Assembly: GCA_043797665.1 (NCBI GenBank)
Contig: JAZDPL010000027.1
Coordinates: 1 to 58,388, forward strand
Origin: Candidatus Omnitrophota bacterium
Lineage (GTDB): Bacteria; Ratteibacteria; UBA8468; MWAK01
Direction: 5' to 3'
DNA: 58,388 bases
The notes beneath the pieces are model-generated. The model did no database searches and was not told the origin of the DNA. It saw only the letters and a list, made by a program, of their open reading frames with translations. The position numbers were made by a program, and so were the translations under genes. This document shows, in pieces, positions 1-9,526 of this stretch. How positions within the stretch are numbered: the stretch's first letter is position 1; every line of letters begins with the position of its first letter.

Positions 1-489
1 CGGGAAAATCGCGCCTTTCTGAAAGAACATAATACCGATTACTTAGACGAGGAAAGTTTGAGGATGCATCCGGTTTTGGGTATTTCGGCGGCTAACGTGG
101 CACCGGAATTCGGCGTTGCGGAAACGAAATCCCTAATCAGGATTTCTTACTTAACGCCTTCCGGCGATAAGTTCCGACATGAACTGGAAGAAAAAGTTTT
201 TTCCGAAACCCGCTGGCAGAAGTGGCTGCCGGAAAACCTGAAGGCGGTCGAACCCCGAGCAATCAGGACGAACCCGGCTTTAGCCTACAAAGTAGTAACC
301 AGTTGCGGACATTATTATCTGGATGAACCCGACGTGCTGACGGCGAAAAAGAGCTTCTTCCGGGTACTTAAGAAAAAGAAGATTAACCCGGAAAGAGAAG
401 TTATTGAAAGCATCAAGAAGGCGATGGTCAAATACGTTGACGCGTTTAATTTGAAAGACCTGAATAAAGTAATCCTGTGTGGAGTATGA
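1..489 (+). CDS. GatZ/KbaZ-like (tagatose-bisphosphate aldolase non-catalytic subunit / sugar-phosphate epimerase family) protein, 5'-truncated by window
   Basis: Frame 1 is open from base 1 (RENRAFLKEHNTDYLDEESLRMHP...). The KEHNTDY and ANVAPEFG motifs resemble the GatZ/KbaZ TIM-barrel family. Confidence 0.6.
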   Translation, partial: RENRAFLKEHNTDYLDEESLRMHPVLGISAANVAPEFGVAETKSLIRISYLTPSGDKFRHELEEKVFSETRWQKWLPENLKAVEPRAIRTNPALAYKVVTSCGHYYLDEPDVLTAKKSFFRVLKKKKINPEREVIESIKKAMVKYVDAFNLKDLNKVILCGV

Positions 490-491
490 GT

Positions 492-1934
492 ATGAAGAGT
501 ATTATTGGGTGTGGGGCAGAACTCAGAAAGACCGGGCGACATCCTTATATCGGACGTAAACCGGTAAACAGTCCGAAAGAAGAACCCGAAATCATTAAAG
601 AATTAAATGCCGGGCGGGATAACAGCCGGGGACCAAACGTGGAAGTGGATTACTATTTTGAAATAGTAAACTCTGCCGGGCCGATGGACGGACTAAAGAA
701 CGCAGCCAGGATGGTCATGGAACACGGAACGCTGAAACCCTGGCACAGCGAAGGAGACGCCAATGTTTCCAAACCCGGCGGTTACGACGAAAATATGAGC
801 TGGGCATCCGGAATAAAACTGTTGGGTTACAACAAAAAGGAACAAGTGGAATCCGGTATCGTCACCATCGCCTACCCTCTGGCTTTCTTTGATAAAACTT
901 CTGACGGGACTTTTCCCCTGGCTCAGTTGATGATGGCGATTGCCAGTGAACCGGTCTCCGCATTTTCTTTTTACCGGGGTGCCAGAATTACAGACGTAAG
1001 ACTGCCCAAAGAATTAAAAAAACGCCTGCCGGGTGCCAGGTGGCCCCACCGCAGAGTCCGGGAATACCTGCATATCCGCCCCGACGAACCAATCATCGGT
1101 ACCATCGTCAAACCGAAGACCGGCTTAACGCCCGAACTATTCTCCCGGGCCGTGGTGGAAGCAGCCCTGGCCGGCGCTAAATTTACCAAAGCGGACGAGA
1201 ATATGCACCTGACCCGGAAAGAAATCCCGAAGTTTGTCGGCCGGACCGTAAAAGACCTCCAGAAAGCCGGTCTTGACTTAGGAAAGCACACCGACAAGCC
1301 CAAGGGAAGGCGCTTCCTGTTTGCGCCCCACATTACTGCCGACCCTGAAAATATTACGGACTACGCCAGGGCAGCGGTGGATGCCGGAGCAAACGCTTTG
1401 ATGTTTTCACCCTATTACGGCGGCGGTTTTTTGAAATTGGCCGAAATTGCAGATGCCTTTGACGTTCCCGTTTACAGCCATACCGCCGGGATGAACATCT
1501 TTACCGGTACTTCCTCCTGGGGAATTGACCCGGCGGTGATGTACCTCTTCACCGCTTGTTTCGGCGGTGCGTTTATGCAGATTACCGCGATGAAGGGCTA
1601 TCTTAAACCGGAAGATGTAGAAAAGCCGGTCATTCTGCAGCGTCTTCGCAAAGAAGGCATGGAAGGAAGTAACGGAATGACCCTGGTCATAGCCGGAGGA
1701 ATCGGACCTTCCAACATCGGTTTCAACATGAAGACGTTAGGAACCGACGGAAGGATGTTCCTTGCCGGGACATCGGTCTACAGCCATCCGGACGGAGTAG
1801 ACGCGGGCGTCAAAGCCATAATCCTGGCTTACCGCGCCTACCGGGAAAAAGGGTTGACCGACATAAAGGGTCTCATTAAATTCGGCAAATCCCTGGGTGA
1901 AGAAGGCAAACCACTGGTAAATGCATTAAAGTAG
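492..1934 (+). CDS. RuBisCO-like protein (form IV RLP)
   Basis: Motifs GTIVKPKTGL, TKADEN (KxDE), YSHTAG, IAGG, SHPDG. GGAG at 481-484 favours ATG 492 (alternatives 486 or 477). Confidence 0.9.
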   Translation: MKSIIGCGAELRKTGRHPYIGRKPVNSPKEEPEIIKELNAGRDNSRGPNVEVDYYFEIVNSAGPMDGLKNAARMVMEHGTLKPWHSEGDANVSKPGGYDENMSWASGIKLLGYNKKEQVESGIVTIAYPLAFFDKTSDGTFPLAQLMMAIASEPVSAFSFYRGARITDVRLPKELKKRLPGARWPHRRVREYLHIRPDEPIIGTIVKPKTGLTPELFSRAVVEAALAGAKFTKADENMHLTRKEIPKFVGRTVKDLQKAGLDLGKHTDKPKGRRFLFAPHITADPENITDYARAAVDAGANALMFSPYYGGGFLKLAEIADAFDVPVYSHTAGMNIFTGTSSWGIDPAVMYLFTACFGGAFMQITAMKGYLKPEDVEKPVILQRLRKEGMEGSNGMTLVIAGGIGPSNIGFNMKTLGTDGRMFLAGTSVYSHPDGVDAGVKAIILAYRAYREKGLTDIKGLIKFGKSLGEEGKPLVNALK

Positions 1935-1980
1935 GGGCGCCATTCATGGCGCCCGCGGGCTCGATGAATCGAGCCCCTAC
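1931..1980. repeat. GTAG-type REP doublet (two hairpins, GTAG...CTAC); supplies the RLP stop codon
   Basis: GTAGGGGCGCC-ATTCAT-GGCGCCC-GC-GGGCTCG-ATGAAT-CGAGCCCCTAC. Same architecture at 32325, 32687 and 36227. Confidence 0.85.
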
Positions 1981-1982
1981 AT

Positions 1983-2013
1983 GGATTCCCGCCTAAAGCA
2001 TGCGGGAATGACA
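1983..2013. repeat. Palindromic repeat half, family 2 (GGATTCC...GGAATGAC)
   Basis: ggattcccgcctaaagcatgcgggaatgaca closely matches the reverse complement of the left half of 6245-6307. Confidence 0.7.
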
Positions 2014-2027
2014 AATGAAGGAGAACG

Positions 2028-2648
2028 ATGGATAAGGTACGCAAGGAGATTGAGGATTATACATCGGGAATAAGGGAAGTATTTGCCAGGCTGCCGGTGG
2101 AAACGATAGGAAAGATAATCAAGGTCATGCTTGATGCTTACGAAAACGGCGGCAAGGTCATCACCATGGGTAACGGCGGCCACGGTGCAACCGCTTCTCA
2201 CTGTATCAACGACATTGCGAAACATACCATCGTATCGGATAAGAAAAACCAGGTTATCGTAAAAGGCAAGCGTTTTAAAACTCTCTGCCTCAACGACAAT
2301 GTGGCAACCCTGACCAGTTGGGCAAACGACGTCGGTTATGAATCCATCTTTGCGGAACAGTTGGCTAACTGGGTGGAAAAAGGCGACGTGGTCATCGGCT
2401 ACACCGGAAGCGGAAATTCGGAAAACGTCCTCCGCGCCTTCAAGGTGGCAAAAGAAAATAAGGCGACTACCATCGCACTCACCGGGTATCAGGGCGGAAA
2501 GATTAAGGACATCGCAGACATCTGCCTGATTGTGCCCAGCGACCGGATATCCTTTATTGAGGACATCCATTTCAGCCTGATTCACATCTGGTGCGACAGT
2601 TTAAGAAGGATAATCAAAGAAAAGTACGGGATGAGAAGTAAGCAATGA
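2028..2648 (+). CDS. SIS-domain sugar-phosphate isomerase (GmhA-like)
   Basis: Motifs GNGGHGA, ANDVGYESIFAEQL, GSGNSENV, ALTGYQGG, IEDIH. RBS GGAG upstream. Confidence 0.85.
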   Translation: MDKVRKEIEDYTSGIREVFARLPVETIGKIIKVMLDAYENGGKVITMGNGGHGATASHCINDIAKHTIVSDKKNQVIVKGKRFKTLCLNDNVATLTSWANDVGYESIFAEQLANWVEKGDVVIGYTGSGNSENVLRAFKVAKENKATTIALTGYQGGKIKDIADICLIVPSDRISFIEDIHFSLIHIWCDSLRRIIKEKYGMRSKQ

Positions 2649-3490
2649 TTGTGACGATGAAGGAAATTCTGGTCTAGGCCCGAGCCGGTAAATATGCAGT
2701 TTCCGCCTTTGAATTCTGGTCGCTGGATTCGGCCCAGGCGATCGTAGAGGCGGCGGAAATGGCCGGCCTGCCGGCCATCCTTCAGGCCGGCCCCCTGGAA
2801 ATCAAGTTTGCCGGCATCGAAAACCTGGCCCGGATTGCGAAAATGACCGCGGAAAAGTCTCCCCTGAAATTCGCCTTACACCTGGACCACGGCGACAGTT
2901 TTGAAATGGCCGAGGCGGCCGTAAATTCCGGCTTTACCTCCGTCATGATTGATGCTTCCCTGCTCCCCTACCGGGAAAACCTGGAACTCACGCAACGGGT
3001 GGTTGCCCTGGCATCTCCGCACGGCATTTCCGTGGAGTCTGAACTGGGCAAGCTTTCCGGTTCCGAAACCGGTAAAACAGTTTCGGAAGAAGAAGCGGCG
3101 CAAACGGACCCTGACGAAGCGGAAAGGTTTGTGACGGACACGGGAATTGATGCCCTGGCGGTTGCCATTGGAACCGCGCACGGCTTTTACAAATGCAAAC
3201 CGAAACTCAACCTGGAACGGCTGCAAAAAATCAGCGAAAGAGTGACTATCCCGCTGGTTCTGCACGGGGGCAGCGACACCCCGAACGACCAGGTCTTAAA
3301 GGCGGTGGATTTGGGCGTGGCCAAAGTGAACATCTGCACCGAACTCATCGCCGCGTTCGGAAAAGACTACCTCGTCCAGCAAAACAAGCCGGATTTCAAA
3401 TACAACGTAACCAACCTTTTTGAATCCGGAAAAAGAGCCGGACGGGAACTGGCCCTTGCCAAAATAAGGCTCTACGGAAAAAGGAGTTGA
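2645..3490 (+). pseudogene. Class II fructose/tagatose-bisphosphate aldolase with an in-frame TAG at codon 11 (2675-2677)
   Basis: ATG 2645 overlaps the upstream stop and reads MIVTMKEILV*ARAGKYAVSAFEFWSLDSAQAIVEAAE in frame with ORF 2759-3490. HLDHG, GTAHG and LVLHGGS motifs are intact. Confidence 0.75.
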
Positions 3491-3502
3491 ACGGACAAGC
3501 AT

Positions 3503-4477
3503 ATGAAACATCAGGAAGCGTTGGCGTTGTACCGGATGATGTTCCGGATTCGCCGGTTTGAAGAAACCTGCCACCAACTTTATCTTTCCGGCAAGATACC
3601 CGGAATGTCACCCCACCTTTACATCGGCGAAGAAGCGGTGGCAGCATCCGTATGCTTCTTCCTGAAAAATGAAGACTACATCGTCAGTACCCACCGGGGC
3701 CATGGCCACTGTTTAGCCAAGGGCGCCCGGATGGACCGGATGCTGGCCGAAATTATGGGTAAAGAAACCGGATACTGCCGGGGCCGGGGCGGCTCAATGC
3801 ACATTGCGGACGTTTCCACCGGAAACTTAGGTGCCAACGGTATCGTGGGCGCCGGGATTCCGATTGCGGTCGGCGCCGCCTTCTCCATCCGGTACCGTGA
3901 AAAAGACGACGTCTCGGTCTGTTTCTTCGGTGATGCCGCCTCAAACCAGGGAACGTTCCACGAAGCGGTCAATATGGCTGCGGTGATGAAACTTCCGGTG
4001 CTCTTCGTCTGCGAAAATAATCAGTATGGTCTTTCCACCCGCATCTGCCTTACCTGCCCTACCCCGCAGGTCAGCGACAAAGCCCTGGGCTACGGAATTG
4101 AACATAATACGGTGGACGGTATGGACCCGGAAGCCTCTTTTGAAGCGGCAAAGGATGCGGTAGGCTGCGTACGAAAAGAGAGAAAACCCTATCTGGTAGA
4201 ATTTATCACTTACCGTTTTTTAGGTCACGGCGCCAGTGATAACCGGAGTTACCGGACCCGGGAAGAAGAGGCCGAATGGATGAAACGGTGTCCCATCCGG
4301 AACTTTCGGGAAAGGCTGCTGTCAACCTACGCAACAGACGCCGAAGAAATAAACTCCCTGGAGAAAGAAGTGGAAGAAGAAGTGACCAAATCCCTCGCCT
4401 TTGCCCAGGAAAGTCCGCTGCCTTCTCCCTCGGACGTCTTCCAGAACATCTTCGCACCTGCCGGAGGTGAGCAATGA
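3503..4477 (+). CDS. TPP-dependent dehydrogenase E1 component alpha subunit (AcoA/PdhA-like)
   Basis: Motifs HLYIGEEA, THRGHGH, GRGGSMH, GDAASNQG...CENN, YRFLGH. Confidence 0.9.
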   Translation: MKHQEALALYRMMFRIRRFEETCHQLYLSGKIPGMSPHLYIGEEAVAASVCFFLKNEDYIVSTHRGHGHCLAKGARMDRMLAEIMGKETGYCRGRGGSMHIADVSTGNLGANGIVGAGIPIAVGAAFSIRYREKDDVSVCFFGDAASNQGTFHEAVNMAAVMKLPVLFVCENNQYGLSTRICLTCPTPQVSDKALGYGIEHNTVDGMDPEASFEAAKDAVGCVRKERKPYLVEFITYRFLGHGASDNRSYRTREEEAEWMKRCPIRNFRERLLSTYATDAEEINSLEKEVEEEVTKSLAFAQESPLPSPSDVFQNIFAPAGGEQ

Positions 4478-5448
4478 GTCTGATGACTTACCGGGAAGCG
4501 ATAACTCTGGCGCTGGAAGAAGAGATGGCACTTGACCGGCGGGTCTTTATCATCGGCGAAGACGTGGGCGCATTCGGCGGGGCGATGGCGGTTACCAAAG
4601 GTCTTTATGAAAAGTTCGGACCGAAAAGGGTGGTTGATACGCCCATCTCGGAATCAGCCATTGTCGGAACCGCCTTAGGTACTGCGCTAACGGGTTTAAG
4701 ACCGGTGGCTGAGATTATGTTTATTGACTTCGCCGCAGTCTGTATGGACCAGATAGTCAACCAGATAGCCAAAGTCCGTTATATGTTAGCGGGCCAGGTG
4801 GAAGTCCCCCTGGTCATCAGAACCCAGGGCGGTGCCGGTAAAGGCTATGCGGCACAACATTCCCAGAGTCTGGAAGCCTGGTTCTGTCACATTCCGGGTT
4901 TAAAGGTCGTGATGCCTTCAACCCCGCGGGATGCCCGGGGTCTCCTGAAGAGCGCCATCCGGGAACCAAATCCGGTCATCTTCATTGAACACAAAGTCCT
5001 TTACAACGAAAAAGGTGAAGTTCCGGACAAGGAAGAACTGATTCCAATAGGAAAGGCGGACATAAAGAGACCCGGTAAGGACGTAACTCTCACCTGCCAT
5101 TCCAGGCAGGTCCTGCATACGCTCCAGGCTGCGGAAGACCTGGCTAAGGAGGATGGAATCGAATGTGAAGTAATAGACCTGATGACCCTCTCTCCTCTGG
5201 ACGAAACGACCATCTTTGAATCTATCAGGAAGACCAGGCGTCTGGTAACGGTGGAAGAAGGCTACGAGAACCACGGAATAGGTGCGGAAGTGGTGGCACG
5301 AGCCATCTCAAAGGTCTTTGATTACTTTGACGCGCCGCCGGTCCGGGTCGCCTTTCCCAATTGCCCGATTCCTTTCAGCAAGGTTCTGGAAGGCAGTCTT
5401 TTACCGGATGCGCAAAAGATTGTCACTGCCGTCCGTAAATTAGTTTGA
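4474..5448 (+). CDS. TPP-dependent dehydrogenase E1 component beta subunit (AcoB/PdhB-like)
   Basis: Motifs GEDVG, DTPISE, EIMFIDF, AAQHSQ. ATGA overlap with the alpha gene. Confidence 0.9.
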   Translation: MSLMTYREAITLALEEEMALDRRVFIIGEDVGAFGGAMAVTKGLYEKFGPKRVVDTPISESAIVGTALGTALTGLRPVAEIMFIDFAAVCMDQIVNQIAKVRYMLAGQVEVPLVIRTQGGAGKGYAAQHSQSLEAWFCHIPGLKVVMPSTPRDARGLLKSAIREPNPVIFIEHKVLYNEKGEVPDKEELIPIGKADIKRPGKDVTLTCHSRQVLHTLQAAEDLAKEDGIECEVIDLMTLSPLDETTIFESIRKTRRLVTVEEGYENHGIGAEVVARAISKVFDYFDAPPVRVAFPNCPIPFSKVLEGSLLPDAQKIVTAVRKLV

Positions 5449-5468
5449 ACGCTCCCGAAAGGAGAATT

Positions 5469-6227
5469 ATGGTTAAGGTAGGAATTGAGTTCATCGTCTT
5501 TCAGGGAAAAGAGAAGGACGACCTGGACGGAGTTCTAAAAGAATGTGCCGAAGCAGGTTATAGTTGCGTAGAAACCGGATTCATCTTTGACCGATACAGC
5601 GGAAGCCAGGTTAAAGCGGCCTGTGATAAATATAATTTAGAGTATGCGGCAGGCCACGGCGGTTACGACACCATCAGCGATGAGAAAAAGTTGGTGGAAA
5701 CCATCAAAAACATCATTGAGGCCGGCGGAAGTTACATCATCTGCAGCGGGTTAGCCCGCCGGGACAACAAATTCCTTTACCGGGAATCGGTTTCGGTTCT
5801 GAACCGGGCCGGCAGGATTGCCAAAGATAACGGACTTGTCTTCTGTTACCACAACCACAACTTTGAATTTGAAACTGAAGGAGGCAAAAAAGGGATAGAT
5901 ATCCTCGGTGAAGAGACCGACCCGGACCTGGTCAAGTTCAACATCGACGTCGCCTGGGTACAGATTGGCGGAGAATCACCCTCTGGATTTATCAAAAGGT
6001 ACGCCAACCGTGCCGGGTACTACCATTTTAAAGACGCCTTCGTAAAAAGCAAAGACAAGTTTGTCTGGACCGAATTAGGCAAGGGTGACATTGAATTGGA
6101 ATCCGCCTACAAAACCGCCATGGAATTGGGTGCGACCTACATCATTTACGAAGAGGACGTCAGCCAGATTGAAATCGGCCAGGCAATCAGAGACAGCCGG
6201 CAATTCTTACGGAAGTTAGGTGTATAG
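5469..6227 (+). CDS. Sugar phosphate isomerase/epimerase (xylose-isomerase-like TIM barrel)
   Basis: Motifs YHNHNFEF, NIDVAW, HFKD, ELGKGDI, IYEED. AAGGAG precedes ATG 5469. Confidence 0.85.
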   Translation: MVKVGIEFIVFQGKEKDDLDGVLKECAEAGYSCVETGFIFDRYSGSQVKAACDKYNLEYAAGHGGYDTISDEKKLVETIKNIIEAGGSYIICSGLARRDNKFLYRESVSVLNRAGRIAKDNGLVFCYHNHNFEFETEGGKKGIDILGEETDPDLVKFNIDVAWVQIGGESPSGFIKRYANRAGYYHFKDAFVKSKDKFVWTELGKGDIELESAYKTAMELGATYIIYEEDVSQIEIGQAIRDSRQFLRKLGV

Positions 6228-6244
6228 AAAAATCTTAAACAATT

Positions 6245-6307
6245 GTCATTCCGGCATGCTTTTAGCCGGAATCTATTAGATTCCTGTTTACTACACACAG
6301 GAATGAC
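6245..6307. repeat. Palindromic repeat doublet, family 2 (GTCATTCC...GGAATGAC)
   Basis: gtcattccggc-atgctttta-gccggaatct and agattcctgt-ttactacac-acaggaatgac: two hairpins with inverted termini. Confidence 0.75.
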
Positions 6308-6325
6308 TAAACGGAGGAAACTAAT

Positions 6326-7321
6326 ATGGTTAAAGTAGGTGTGATAGGTCTGGGAATGGGTAAGTGGCACCTGATGCAGTACAACCGGCTTCCTGATGTA
6401 AAAATAGCGGCAATCTGCGACGTCGACGAAAAACGGCTAAACGACGCCGCCAAAGAGTTTCAAGTGCCGAAACTATTCCGTGATTACCGGAAGATGCTAA
6501 AGATTTCCGAACTGGATGCGGTCAGTGTCGCCTTACCCAACTTTTTGCATATGCCGGTTACTTTAGAATTCCTGGAAGCGGGTAAAGACGTCCTGGTAGA
6601 AAAACCGATGGCACGGACTCCGGAGGAAGCGGAAAAAATGCTTCGGAAAGCCAAGGAAATGAAAAAAATTCTAATGATAAATATGAACCACCGCTGGCTA
6701 CCGGAATTCGCTGCCCTGAAAGAACTTATCCAGGCCAAAAAGTTCGGTGAGATTTATTATCTGAAAGCCCGATGGATTCGGACCAGGACCTTTGACGAAA
6801 AACAGAAGAAAGTAATCTGGTTTGCCAACAAGGAAAAAGCCGGCGGCGGAACTCTTCTGGACATCGGCGTCCACTGTCTGGATTTGGGTCTCCACATGTT
6901 AGATGATTTTGAACCGGTTTCTGTCTTTGGTACCACGGGTAACAAATTTCATCAGGAAGTTGATGACTTTGCCTCCGCGCTGATAAAGTTCAAGGACGGC
7001 AAAACCATACATTTCGAAACGACCTGGGAATCGCATATTAAGAAGGATGATTTTTCCATTTCCATCCTGGGAACCAAAGCCGGGGCAGAAACTTCGCCGC
7101 TAAGAACCTACCAGAAAGAAGAAGGCATCCCCACCGAAACTGTGTATAACCTTCCACCCGGCGAAGTACCTGCGGTCCGGACCAGTATCGGCCATTTTGT
7201 TGAGTGCGTTACCAAAAGAAAGGAACCGATTACCTCTCCGGAAAAAGGGCTGCGGGTGATGCGCATCCTGGACGCCATTTATCGTTCCAGCCGGACCGGC
7301 AAGGAAATCCGCCTCGAATAA
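6326..7321 (+). CDS. Gfo/Idh/MocA family NAD(P)-dependent oxidoreductase
   Basis: Rossmann motif VIGLGMG, LVEKPMA, GGGTLLDIGVHCLD. RBS GGAGG. Confidence 0.9.
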   Translation: MVKVGVIGLGMGKWHLMQYNRLPDVKIAAICDVDEKRLNDAAKEFQVPKLFRDYRKMLKISELDAVSVALPNFLHMPVTLEFLEAGKDVLVEKPMARTPEEAEKMLRKAKEMKKILMINMNHRWLPEFAALKELIQAKKFGEIYYLKARWIRTRTFDEKQKKVIWFANKEKAGGGTLLDIGVHCLDLGLHMLDDFEPVSVFGTTGNKFHQEVDDFASALIKFKDGKTIHFETTWESHIKKDDFSISILGTKAGAETSPLRTYQKEEGIPTETVYNLPPGEVPAVRTSIGHFVECVTKRKEPITSPEKGLRVMRILDAIYRSSRTGKEIRLE

Positions 7322-7334
7322 ATTTAAAAAGCCG

Positions 7335-8216
7335 ATGAAAGATATACCAACTTCAATAAGTCAGACAAGTTTCTCCCCCCCATCCCTCCCTTTCTTCATC
7401 CATAAAATGCAACAGGAAGAGATGGGTGCCCACCGGCATAACTTTTTGGAACTGGTCTATATCTGGAAAGGGGAGGCATTACATCTTATTAATAATGAAA
7501 AGGTGAATCTACACCAGGGTGATATCTTCTTTCTCAGTATGAGCGACTGCCATCAGTATCAAAAACCTCAGGGTCTGGAACTGATTAACATTCTCTTTTT
7601 GCCCTCTTTCCTGGGACCTAAAATCTTTAACCGCAAGGAATTAAAACCGCTCTTTGACTTTGCTTTTCTGTCGCCTATTTTCGGCAAAGAGAGCCGTTAT
7701 CTCTACCTGACCGGTACGGCCGATGTTAAAATCCGGGCGCTCATAGAAGAAATGCTGGTAGAATTTGAGAAAAAAGCAAGAGGCTTTGAGGAGATATTTA
7801 AAAATGACCTGATTAACCTTCTTATTATTCTCAGCCGGATATATGAAGACAAACAGTCTCAGATTGCAGGACTAAAAGAACAGATGTTGTCCCGGCGCCG
7901 GAAGTTTGAGGAAGCACTCCGATACATAGAGGGAAATTACACCCGTCCCATCTCTTTATCGGAAGCAGCCAATATATCCTGCTTCACGCCTTCCTATTTC
8001 TCCGAGGTTTTCCATAAAGTTACCGGCAAACCTTTCGTACGTTATGTAAACGACCTGAAAATACAGCACGCTGCTTTACTCCTCGAAAACACCGGTTTAA
8101 AAACTAACGAGGTCGCCCGTCAATGCGGGTTTTCCGATTACCACCACTTCAACCGGACCTTCCGCAAAACCTTCCACCTCCCCCCCACCACCGAATACCG
8201 GAAAAAAGCCCACTGA
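7335..8216 (+). CDS. AraC family transcriptional regulator (cupin plus HTH)
   Basis: Cupin motif HRHNFLELVY. C-terminal YFSEVF...VARQCGFSDYHHFNRTFRK...EYRK. Confidence 0.92.
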   Translation: MKDIPTSISQTSFSPPSLPFFIHKMQQEEMGAHRHNFLELVYIWKGEALHLINNEKVNLHQGDIFFLSMSDCHQYQKPQGLELINILFLPSFLGPKIFNRKELKPLFDFAFLSPIFGKESRYLYLTGTADVKIRALIEEMLVEFEKKARGFEEIFKNDLINLLIILSRIYEDKQSQIAGLKEQMLSRRRKFEEALRYIEGNYTRPISLSEAANISCFTPSYFSEVFHKVTGKPFVRYVNDLKIQHAALLLENTGLKTNEVARQCGFSDYHHFNRTFRKTFHLPPTTEYRKKAH

Positions 8217-8219
8217 AAC
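8177..8219 (+). repeat. AraC-3'-end direct repeat, copy 1 (within the intact gene)
   Basis: cctccccccc-accacc-gaataccggaaaaaagcccactgaaac, recurring at 25101, 25940, 27348, 28284 and 29167. Confidence 0.9.
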
Positions 8220-8228
8220 TAAGAGGAT

Positions 8229-8283
8229 TTGACTTTTTAACGCTAATGTGTGTTATAATATATGTATATAAACATCTATAACA
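8229..8283 (+). promoter_or_regulatory. Sigma70-type promoter with probable GntR operator
   Basis: TTGACT 8229-8234 and extended -10 TGtTATAAT 8251-8259 (19-nt spacer). Near-palindrome ATGTATATAAACAT and inverted TGTTATA/TATAACA overlap the start region. Confidence 0.6.
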
Positions 8284-8332
8284 AAATTCTTCAAATTAAT
8301 AAGTTATCAATTACAACTACACATTAGTTCAT

Positions 8333-9451
8333 ATGAATAACCATATCCCTTTATATGTTCAGATAGCAGAAAACCTTAAGGAACAAATTCTGGAGGGTAA
8401 AAAACCGATAGGAACGAAGTTTGCCGCTGAGCCTGAATTCGCAAAACTGTTTGCGGTAAACCGATTAACGCTTCGCCGGGCAGTTAAGGAACTTTGTACC
8501 CTGGGTTTGGTAAAAAGAGTACACGGAAAGGGAACGTTTGTAATTTCCAAAACCATAAGAAATGGGTTCGATACTGACCACAGAAAAAATGAACTCCTTT
8601 CATTAAAGGACAAAAAGAATATAACGGTTCTCTTAAATGACGTGCCCAGTCTTTTTACCTCCGAGGTACTAAAAGGTATCCAGGCAAAATTGGATAAATC
8701 GGGATATAAACTTATTCTCTGCGAAACTGAAAATAAAAACAAGAAGATTGTGGAATATATTGAAAGGGATAAAGATTCGGCATCCGGGTTTATTCTCGCC
8801 CCTCCTCCGGGTAAGCGGGACCACTCTTACCTTGATTTATTCCTGAAGGGCAAAATTCCGCTTGTTTTTGTTGATAGATATTTGCCGGAATTTAATTCTG
8901 ATGCCGTTGTTTCTGATAACGAAACCGGCGGTTATTTGGCAACCAGGCATCTTCTGAATCTTGGACACAGGACCATCGCCGCGTTAAGCGTCGGTAATGC
9001 CACTTCTATTTTAGAAAGAATAAAAGGCTATAAAAAAGCATTAACCGAACACGGAGTAAGGACAAAGGATAAAATAATTCTTACTATTGATAACGATAAG
9101 TTTGAAAGCGGGGAAGTTCTTATCGAAAAAGCCTTGAAAAAATACCCGGAAATAACCGCGGCTTTTTGTGTCAACGATAATATCGGCTGGGGTTGTTTGA
9201 GAAAACTGGCGGAATTGAACATTAAGGTCCCGGAGGACTTTTCCGTGGTCAGTTTCGACAACCTTTATTTCACTTCCAAACTGACTCCGCCTTTAACAAC
9301 CATAAACCAGCAAAGATATCAAATGGGATGGAAATCGGCAGAAATCCTGATTAACAGAGCGGAGGGAAAATTGCGTGGCAAAGGAAAGATAATACGCCTC
9401 CCGGTAAGATTAGTACAAAGAAAATCAACCGGAAAGGTCAGGAATGATTGA
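8333..9451 (+). CDS. GntR-family regulator with LacI-type sugar-binding domain (AraR-like)
   Basis: N-terminal wHTH (PLYVQIAE...VNRLTLRRA...HGKGTFV). C-terminal PBP-like domain (VFVDR, SDNETGG, VPEDFSVVSFDN, LTTINQ). Confidence 0.9.
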   Translation: MNNHIPLYVQIAENLKEQILEGKKPIGTKFAAEPEFAKLFAVNRLTLRRAVKELCTLGLVKRVHGKGTFVISKTIRNGFDTDHRKNELLSLKDKKNITVLLNDVPSLFTSEVLKGIQAKLDKSGYKLILCETENKNKKIVEYIERDKDSASGFILAPPPGKRDHSYLDLFLKGKIPLVFVDRYLPEFNSDAVVSDNETGGYLATRHLLNLGHRTIAALSVGNATSILERIKGYKKALTEHGVRTKDKIILTIDNDKFESGEVLIEKALKKYPEITAAFCVNDNIGWGCLRKLAELNIKVPEDFSVVSFDNLYFTSKLTPPLTTINQQRYQMGWKSAEILINRAEGKLRGKGKIIRLPVRLVQRKSTGKVRND

Positions 9452-9526
9452 GAAAAATGCCTTATTTTTTTATTTCCAGGGTTCTGGAAAGACACATTTT
9501 TTCTCAGTAAAAAGGAGGGAAAGAAA

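Noticed and set aside
492..1934. CO2-fixing RuBisCO
   Set aside because: Several carboxylation residues appear substituted (N123, H327, K334, S379 equivalents). No small subunit or phosphoribulokinase is present, and the context is catabolic.
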